A DNA stretch of 64,000 bases. It comes from Burkholderiales bacterium (GTDB lineage: Bacteria; Pseudomonadota; Gammaproteobacteria; Burkholderiales; JAHFRG01). Of this stretch, positions 1-6,726 are shown in pieces (position 1 is the first letter of the stretch; each line of letters begins with the position of its first letter). The stretch spans positions 682-64,681 of the forward strand of contig DASPRE010000090.1 of NCBI GenBank assembly GCA_035624615.1, written 5' to 3'. The notes under the pieces were generated by a model, which did not search any database, was not told the origin of the DNA, and saw only the letters and a list, made by a program, of their open reading frames with translations. The position numbers and the translations under genes were made by a program.

Positions 1-563
1 TCCGGAAAGCGACCGGCAAAGGGATCCTGTTTCTTCGCCCGGTCGTGCAGAACCGACATGGCGGCTTCGGTATTCGCAGCGGTTTCAAGGGAAGGGAAAA
101 ACAGTGATGCGCCGCTTTTCTGAAGTGCAATTAGGGTGGCGATTTGCTCATTCAATTGGCGAAGATCCTTGAGCGGAATATAAAGTGGGCCATATTTGCG
201 TATGAATCGCCGCTCGGCGCTCACATCGGTACGGACGCTGAGTATCAGGTCGGGTCGCGCAGCCGCGTACGCCCGGATTCGGTCACCCAACTGGGTCGCG
301 AACTCTAGCGGTGGGCCACTTTTCGCACCACGTATTACGATTCCCAGATGTTGAGAGCCTTCCATACGGTTGCGAAGTGTCTGGGCACCGCGTACCGCAG
401 GGGAATCGGCTGGTAAGAGTGCTTCGAGATCAGACCTTAGGTTCGCATACAGGTGTACCGTTGCACATCCGGCTGGGACCGTACTCGCGAAAGCCAATAG
501 GAGTACCGCGATGCGCAAGCGGCGGCTGGTCACGAGCTTTTGGAGCCACGCCAAAGCGTTCAC
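1..563 (-). CDS. MMPL/RND-superfamily lipid exporter, N-terminal part (runs off left edge; not in ORF track)
   Basis: Hand translation from GTG at 563, which overlaps the TGA of the upstream gene (GTGA), gives an open frame to base 1: MNALAWLQKLVTSRRLRIAVLLLAFASTVPAGCATVHLYANLRSDLEALLPADSPAVRGAQTLRNRMEGSQHLGIVIRG... An N-terminal TM helix followed by an xDLxxLLPxxSP motif is typical of MMPL proteins. Confidence 0.72.
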   Translation of the reverse strand, partial: MNALAWLQKLVTSRRLRIAVLLLAFASTVPAGCATVHLYANLRSDLEALLPADSPAVRGAQTLRNRMEGSQHLGIVIRGAKSGPPLEFATQLGDRIRAYAAARPDLILSVRTDVSAERRFIRKYGPLYIPLKDLRQLNEQIATLIALQKSGASLFFPSLETAANTEAAMSVLHDRAKKQDPFAGRFP

Positions 564-1981
564 GCGATGTAATCCATGAGTTGCATTGCGGCAACCGTCG
601 CCCGAACCGCGAGCCCGTGAAGCGGCTTGCACGGCAACCCGGGCAGATTCTCTCGGAACCACGCGAGTCCGCTGTCACCCGTGACGACGTCGTTGCGAGC
701 CAACAGGTTGGTAATCCAGCTGCCAGCGGCTACCCCGAGCGCAAGACCGTGCCCGCACCAGCCGACGGCGTGCAGAATATTTGGCGCGTCCGAGCATCTG
801 CCGATGGCCGGCAATCCATCCAGGACATAACCGATCGTGCCGCTCCACGCGTGCGAAATCCGCAGGTCTTCGCGAGCGAGGTCCGGAAAGGTTGCGAAGA
901 GTTTTTGCTGCAGATCTGTCAGGGTGTACGCCGGGATGCTTTCGATGTTGGCGCATTGGGCCGGGCAGGGACGTGGCTTGCCTCCACCGAAAATGAGGCG
1001 ATTATTGCTCGATAACCGAAAGTAATTGAATATTCGGCGCGCCTCCACAACGCCTTCCCGGCCGGCCCATCCAATGTTGGCGAACAAGGTGCGAGGGATC
1101 GGCTCAGTAGCGAGCACCTGTAATTGCAGCGGTATGATGCGGCGACAAAGCCGTCCCAAATTGCGCGCGTAACCGGCCGTGGCAAGGACAACCTGGTCGG
1201 CAATCACTTTCCCGCCGCTTGCCAAGGCCAGGCACATTCTGCCGAAGCCTGCACATCGCGTTAATGCGGAGACGGGGCTGCCTTCAAAAATGCGGGCATT
1301 ACGATCCGTTGCCGCCCTGGCGAGTCCTGCGACCAGCTTACCGGGGTGCAACATCCCGGCAGTGGACAGCCGAAGCGCCGCTGGCCCGCTACTTGCATTG
1401 CCCGGTGTAGGAGGCAACCGTATACATTTCGCCAATTGGTTGTCATTAAGCAACTCGACGCAGAATCCGCGGGCGTTGAGCCAGTCTGCCTGAGCTGATA
1501 GGCGACGACGCCCGGCCGCAGAACGCGCCCAATGAATCTGACCTGTGAAAGTCAGCTCGCAATCGATATGTTCGGTTGCGACAAGGTCGCCCACCATTTT
1601 CACGGCGCGCAGAGTTTCTCGATAGAGTGCCGCCGCACCGACATCGCCCAGCCGTCTGATCAATGCGAGCAGGTCTGGGCCCACTCCGGGTCCCAACATA
1701 CCCGTGTTGCGACCCGAGGCGCCAGAACCTACATACCCGGCCTCCAGCACGACGACCTGAAGCGACGGATAACGTAACAGCAAGTGATATGCGGTCGACA
1801 GCCCGGTGACACCGCCGCCTACAATGGCCACATCGGCACGAATAGTCTCCTTGGGGCAAGTCTCGTACCGTACGCGAGAATTCTCACCCCAAACGGGAGA
1901 TTCGATCATGGCGATCTCCGGGCGAAATCTGGATTTTGAAAATTCCCCGCCGCGACATCGTCCCCTTGTGTCTTCGACCAT
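560..1981 (-). CDS. FAD-dependent oxidoreductase, DAO/PuuB (gamma-glutamylputrescine oxidase)-like
   Basis: DVAIVGGGVTGLSTAYHL Rossmann motif, GASGRNTG, HPGKL, and C-terminal GWCGHGLALG. An alternative ATG start lies at 1909. Confidence 0.85.
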   Translation of the reverse strand: MVEDTRGRCRGGEFSKSRFRPEIAMIESPVWGENSRVRYETCPKETIRADVAIVGGGVTGLSTAYHLLLRYPSLQVVVLEAGYVGSGASGRNTGMLGPGVGPDLLALIRRLGDVGAAALYRETLRAVKMVGDLVATEHIDCELTFTGQIHWARSAAGRRRLSAQADWLNARGFCVELLNDNQLAKCIRLPPTPGNASSGPAALRLSTAGMLHPGKLVAGLARAATDRNARIFEGSPVSALTRCAGFGRMCLALASGGKVIADQVVLATAGYARNLGRLCRRIIPLQLQVLATEPIPRTLFANIGWAGREGVVEARRIFNYFRLSSNNRLIFGGGKPRPCPAQCANIESIPAYTLTDLQQKLFATFPDLAREDLRISHAWSGTIGYVLDGLPAIGRCSDAPNILHAVGWCGHGLALGVAAGSWITNLLARNDVVTGDSGLAWFRENLPGLPCKPLHGLAVRATVAAMQLMDYIA

Positions 1982-1997
1982 GAACGGGTTTCTAAAC

Positions 1998-2933
1998 TCA
2001 TCGCACCTTTACCCGCAGTGATCGCTGGAGCAATGTCAACCGCGCAGGTAGGCGTCCAACAATTTCGCCGTCAAGCTCCAGCAGCACACGGGAAGGACTT
2101 GTGGCCGTTACCTTGCTGGCGCGAAAAAGCTGGGTGCCTGCTTCGTGAATATGGGCCCCGTTATAGATAAATCGGCGCTTGCTGATAAAGTCCAACAAAC
2201 CGAAACCCGACCACAGTGTCACGTCGAATCTTGCATCATCGACCAGGGCATGCGGAGCGACATACATGCCGCCACCGAAATACTGCCCATTGCAAACCGC
2301 GCATGTAGTAACTGAATACTCGTGCGGTGATTCGTCGTCCAAAGTTATTGTGATGATTTGATCCTGGTAGAAGAGCAGGCTCTGTACTGTCGCCAGAGTA
2401 AAAGCCAACGAGCCGCTGAAGCGCTTGAGCGTCGGACTGAGGATGCGGGCGATTTGTCCGCTACAGCCAAACGAGGCAACGTTGAGAAAGACTCTTTCCA
2501 CGGTCTTTCCATCGTGATCGGTGAAAACGGCGTGGCCTACGTCAATGGGCCTGCTCTCGCTACCACCTAATCGTGCACACGCGTCCTCAAGACTAGTTGC
2601 GCCGAGGGTCCTGGCAAAATCGGATCCTGTGCCCTGTGGGACAACGCCTAGCATCGCGGCTGGGGCTACTGCGCGACCCTCCTGAAAGAAGCCGCACAAG
2701 ACCTCGTTTAAGGTTCCGTCCCCGCCCACCGCCACAATCATGTCAAAACTGTCTCGAAGCGCGCGAGCGCTTAGGCTCGTCGCGTGCAATGGTCCGGCGG
2801 TAAAGGCGTGCTCGAAAGCGCCAACCGCGTCTCGAATTAAAACAGCGATTTGCTCCCAACGCCGGCCGGTGGCGCCGGCAGCAGAAGCCGGGTTGACGAT
2901 GACCATTGTGCGCAGTTTGTCTTTGGCGGTCAT
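1998..2933 (-). CDS. Diacylglycerol/sphingosine kinase family protein (YegS-like; VlmJ-like by context)
   Basis: IVNPASAAG, VAVGGDGTLNEV, PQGTGSDFAR, GQYFGGG and LDGE are DAGK-family motifs. Confidence 0.9.
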   Translation of the reverse strand: MTAKDKLRTMVIVNPASAAGATGRRWEQIAVLIRDAVGAFEHAFTAGPLHATSLSARALRDSFDMIVAVGGDGTLNEVLCGFFQEGRAVAPAAMLGVVPQGTGSDFARTLGATSLEDACARLGGSESRPIDVGHAVFTDHDGKTVERVFLNVASFGCSGQIARILSPTLKRFSGSLAFTLATVQSLLFYQDQIITITLDDESPHEYSVTTCAVCNGQYFGGGMYVAPHALVDDARFDVTLWSGFGLLDFISKRRFIYNGAHIHEAGTQLFRASKVTATSPSRVLLELDGEIVGRLPARLTLLQRSLRVKVR

Positions 2934-2939
2934 CGCGAC

Positions 2940-4019
2940 TTACAAGGACCGAGTCAGCAGGAGAAGATCAAAGACAGCGCGCACCGATAAAGGTCTAGCG
3001 GCGAGAAATTCGCGCTCGATTATGTCCGGTGCCCACTTGAGCTTATATTGCGCCTGGCTCTCCGCCGGATAGATAGCGCCGCCATACCGGTAGAGGAGGG
3101 GCACTAGCCAAGCCGCCATGCGGTTCGCACCCGCAAACTCAGGACCTCCCACGACAAAGGGAGTGAAGCCAAAATGCAAATACGGCACTCCCTCGGCCAT
3201 CATGACCTCGATAGCCCGTGCATTGCATAATTCCAGGGCTCCCGGCGGGGCTAAGGGAAGCCGCCGACTCAAATCGTGCAGGTAACCGGGCGCCCGCCCC
3301 CATGAAGGAACGTAGGTAATGAAGGCCACGCATCGGTCGGTCGGATCAATGGCTGCAAAAATCCGCCGACGCACGTCCTCTGGCGAGCCAATCTCGCCAA
3401 TCATGAAATCAAGCTCTCTCTTGCTCTTGGCCCTGAGCCACGCCTGACTGACTGAATGCAGCTCGGCAAACGTCATTTCGTTTCGAGGCCAATCGACGCC
3501 AAACTCAACAACCCTCAGGCCGGATGCCCGGGCACGACTAATCTTGTTGCGCAGCTGCATTTTTTTTGTGCCGCGGAGCGTGAAGTTTTTCAGTGAAAGG
3601 CCGAAGGTAGTGCCGATCTGGTTGATCGAGAATCCGCGATCGCGAAACAGCTGGACCTGCTCGGTACGTAATTGAACGACAAGCACGCGCCGCCGACGCT
3701 TGGATGCGAAGGCAAGCAGGCGGTCAAGCAAAATGCCCCGCTGCGCTTGGGGTGCCTGGACACCACCCAGGGCAATCACATGTCGCCCCTGTTCCCTGAA
3801 GGAAATGAATCCGCTGATTCCCGGTACTGTGAAACGCTGATTCCTCGAAGAAAGCATAAGAAAGCCGGAAGGATGATCAATCAATGCCTCCACAGATTCT
3901 TCGCGTCGCGGCAATTTCATATCACTGGTTGCGGACCGAACATCTGAGCCTTCAGTGTCTTCCATAAGGGTCGTAACCCTGCGGCGAAAATTCAAATTCA
4001 TCGGTGAATTAGTTGCCAT
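2940..4019 (-). CDS. Stand-alone DUF2156 / MprF C-terminal-like aminoacyl-tRNA-dependent transferase (VlmA-like)
   Basis: No TM flippase domain. Motifs FTLRGTKKMQLRNKISRA, ELDFMIGE, GYLHDLSRR, LHFGFTPF and YPAESQAQYKLKWAP match the DUF2156/VlmA family as I recall it. Confidence 0.8.
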   Translation of the reverse strand: MATNSPMNLNFRRRVTTLMEDTEGSDVRSATSDMKLPRREESVEALIDHPSGFLMLSSRNQRFTVPGISGFISFREQGRHVIALGGVQAPQAQRGILLDRLLAFASKRRRRVLVVQLRTEQVQLFRDRGFSINQIGTTFGLSLKNFTLRGTKKMQLRNKISRARASGLRVVEFGVDWPRNEMTFAELHSVSQAWLRAKSKRELDFMIGEIGSPEDVRRRIFAAIDPTDRCVAFITYVPSWGRAPGYLHDLSRRLPLAPPGALELCNARAIEVMMAEGVPYLHFGFTPFVVGGPEFAGANRMAAWLVPLLYRYGGAIYPAESQAQYKLKWAPDIIEREFLAARPLSVRAVFDLLLLTRSL

Positions 4020-5083
4020 TACCGCTGAACTGCACCGACATTAAGCGCTTGGGCCAAAGCAGGGCTTCGACGCACGCGCCAGATTCTGGCATCAACTAGG
4101 TAGTGGTGGAACGCGACCCCCCAGCACAGCCCAAGCACCACGTTTCGGGCCGTTTCACTTGTCAGGGCGACCACGGTGGGGACTCGCAGGCCATACCAGA
4201 CGAGGCCAAGCAACAATCCGCCCGCAAGGTAGGGCACGAGACCCCCCAACGGGCGGCGGCCGCAGCCTGCCTCGTATTGCCAAACTATCCGATGGTATTG
4301 GAGGTTGTGGAAAATGGTGAGCGTGGCGAGGATCGTGAGCAAATGAGAGAGGAGAGCGAAGACCAGCATGTGAAATACGATCACGATGGCCAGCAGCAAA
4401 TGTTTTGGTCCTGGACGAAACGGCTCGTATCGGCCAGAGACGGCGAGTATTACGGCCGCTCCCATTAACAAGCAAAACGCCACATCCAGGATGAATGTTA
4501 GTTGGGGCAGCAGGGCGCTAGGAACGAGTTGCGGCAGCCCGCTGTGGAGATATGGCTCGCCAAGGGAAAAGCGTATAAACGGGTAAAGGCAGCCGGCCCA
4601 AAGCATGAAAGAATCGAGCGACTGACCACGCTGATCGTTCTCGCCGGCCCGCCTTCGGTAGAGCGCGAGAAATCCATAATGCTGCCGCACCAGATGCCAG
4701 TAGGCCCATAGGTAGGCAGCAAGGAGAAAATAGCTGAATAGTGTTCCCTGCAGCCGAAGCGCCGCATCGGTGAGTGCGAAAACGGGACCTATGGCAAGTA
4801 TCAGCCACCACCGGGGTTTTGGAATTCCGGCTCGTGAATTCGTGTCCGGTGCGAGATAGCTGCGCGCGTAAGTGGCCCAAACGTGCGTACCGTCGAACAG
4901 CACCCCCCATAAAAAAACCACAAGGATGACGGGATCGCTCGGGGAAAGATGCGCGCTATCCGGATATGGAGTGGCAACGAAAAAGACGAGCAGAAAAAGC
5001 CCGGCAATGACCGAGCCCTGAAACCAAAGCAAGTCATCGCGCCGCGAAATTATCCATGGGAGCGAAGGGTGATTGCTAACCAT
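4019..5083 (-). CDS. Multi-pass membrane protein with several His motifs, function unknown
   Basis: About 8 hydrophobic segments; DGTHVWATY, YWHLVRQHYG, FHNLQYH, FHHYLVD. Start re-called at ATG 5083, which overlaps the stop of the upstream gene. Confidence 0.7.
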   Translation of the reverse strand: MVSNHPSLPWIISRRDDLLWFQGSVIAGLFLLVFFVATPYPDSAHLSPSDPVILVVFLWGVLFDGTHVWATYARSYLAPDTNSRAGIPKPRWWLILAIGPVFALTDAALRLQGTLFSYFLLAAYLWAYWHLVRQHYGFLALYRRRAGENDQRGQSLDSFMLWAGCLYPFIRFSLGEPYLHSGLPQLVPSALLPQLTFILDVAFCLLMGAAVILAVSGRYEPFRPGPKHLLLAIVIVFHMLVFALLSHLLTILATLTIFHNLQYHRIVWQYEAGCGRRPLGGLVPYLAGGLLLGLVWYGLRVPTVVALTSETARNVVLGLCWGVAFHHYLVDARIWRVRRSPALAQALNVGAVQR

Positions 5084-6293
5084 ATTGAGGCTCCGGACTT
5101 GTTGCGAAAGAGGACCAGATCCGATCTTGAATGAAGGACCCCATAGGTGAGCCAGCGAACGCAAAGGCGCAGCGATGCAGAACGTCGCCGACCCGGCCGC
5201 CGAGGGCAAATAGCAGGCTCATCCAGTGCGAATTGCGGATAATCGCGGCATTGTAGCGGCGCCGCTCCCGTTCGTAGGCGGCAAAGCACGCGTCGATCTC
5301 GGCGGCCGCGGCGTTGCACTCGAGGGCAGTGCCCAGATGGCGGGCGAGCGCTGCGGCGTCCTCTATCGCCATCGTCATTCCCTGAGCCATCACTGGATTG
5401 ATGACATGGATGGCGTCGCCGAGCAACACGGCCCCGTGCGCCGAATAACTCGGCGCATGTGTGCGCCACAGCTTATACAAGTAAGCCCCCTCGGCAACCG
5501 GCCGGCGGCCCGCTAGCAACCGGGAGCGTCCCTCGATGTGCGAGTATTTCTTTTCTATTGAACCGGAACGAAACAAGTGTTCATGCTCCGAACGAATTAT
5601 CGCCGCGAGGCCGAGACGGTTGACGCCCGGAACGACCAGCACGCCGCCGTCGGGATGCAATTCAGTGCGCAGTACATCGGGCATGCCGACCGGGCGGTCG
5701 ATGTCCACAATGAATAAACTGTGGTTATAGGGAGCACGGCGGACCTCAATCCCTAGTCCTGCTCGGACGACAGACTTCGCGCCATCAGCGCCAATTACTA
5801 CGCGGCAGCTCAGTTGCTGCTCATTTCCATCGCTCCCTTTGATCAAGACACCCCGCACACGGTCGCCTTCCTTGATCAGAGACAACAGGCGTGTGCCATA
5901 TCGGACCTCAACACGCCCCGTTGCTACCGCCGACTCAACAAAAGAGCACTCGATTTTGGGATGTGGCAGCACGAGATATGGATCGGTGGCCTCAGGCAAA
6001 GCGAGTGGAACGTCCAACAATAGGCCATCGCGGTAATGGAAAAATTGCATCGTGTTTATCGGGCGCGCCCCCGCTGCGTAGCATCGGTCCAATGCGCCCC
6101 ATCGCTTGAGCAATGCAGTCACCGGGGGAAGCAGGCTTTCACCGCGGTTGATGTTGCCTGCCGCTAGGTGCCTTTCGATAAGCAGCACGCGAATTGCGCG
6201 GTTGTGGACAAGAGCCAACGCGCAGGCCGTGCCGCCGACACCGGCACCGACAATGATGACATCGTAATCGAATGGCTGAGGTGCGCTGCTCAT
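5076..6293 (-). CDS. Single-component FAD-dependent monooxygenase (group A, UbiH/squalene-epoxidase-like)
   Basis: IIVGAGVGG, VIGADGAKSVVR (DG motif) and LLGDAIHVINPVMAQGM (GD motif). Confidence 0.88.
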   Translation of the reverse strand: MSSAPQPFDYDVIIVGAGVGGTACALALVHNRAIRVLLIERHLAAGNINRGESLLPPVTALLKRWGALDRCYAAGARPINTMQFFHYRDGLLLDVPLALPEATDPYLVLPHPKIECSFVESAVATGRVEVRYGTRLLSLIKEGDRVRGVLIKGSDGNEQQLSCRVVIGADGAKSVVRAGLGIEVRRAPYNHSLFIVDIDRPVGMPDVLRTELHPDGGVLVVPGVNRLGLAAIIRSEHEHLFRSGSIEKKYSHIEGRSRLLAGRRPVAEGAYLYKLWRTHAPSYSAHGAVLLGDAIHVINPVMAQGMTMAIEDAAALARHLGTALECNAAAAEIDACFAAYERERRRYNAAIIRNSHWMSLLFALGGRVGDVLHRCAFAFAGSPMGSFIQDRIWSSFATSPEPQYG

Positions 6294-6303
6294 TAGTCGC
6301 CTC

Positions 6304-6717
6304 CTAATGCCCCGGTTGGCTGCCAGGCTCGAAGGGCAGTGCCCAGGGTTTCGAAAAGTTGCCCAGCAAACCGCGATCTCCGGACAGGTGGATCGGCACT
6401 GCTACCATCGCCCAGTCCGGGCCTCCGGCGGCGAGTGCCCAGAGTGCGACCGCGGCACCCACGACAACATAGTTATGGGTCAGGTTGTAGAGCACGTAAT
6501 AGATGCGTGGAATTTGTTTGCCGCCGGAACTGCGAAACGCCAGTGCTCCTGGCAGATAGCCAACCAAATCGATAAGCGCAAAGGCGGCGATAAACCGGCC
6601 CCAGGAGATCTCATCAAAGTGCGCAACCACCAGAGCGGTGAAAATTACGACTATGGCAACGTGTTCGGCTCGCATCCACCAGGAAGTGCCTTGCTTCGGA
6701 ACGAAGGTTGTGCTCAT
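6304..6717 (-). CDS. Small 4-TM membrane protein, DUF4260-like; resembles the VlmO membrane hydrazine synthase
   Basis: IDLVGYLPGA, YYVLYNLTH, PIHLSGDRGLLGNFSKP and FEP. Candidate metal ligands are D50, H81, H110 and D114. Confidence 0.7.
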   Translation of the reverse strand: MSTTFVPKQGTSWWMRAEHVAIVVIFTALVVAHFDEISWGRFIAAFALIDLVGYLPGALAFRSSGGKQIPRIYYVLYNLTHNYVVVGAAVALWALAAGGPDWAMVAVPIHLSGDRGLLGNFSKPWALPFEPGSQPGH

Positions 6718-6726
6718 TGCTGTTCC

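Noticed and set aside
2940-4019. MprF-type lysyl-phosphatidylglycerol resistance gene
   Set aside because: There is no membrane flippase domain, and the gene is embedded in a biosynthetic operon.
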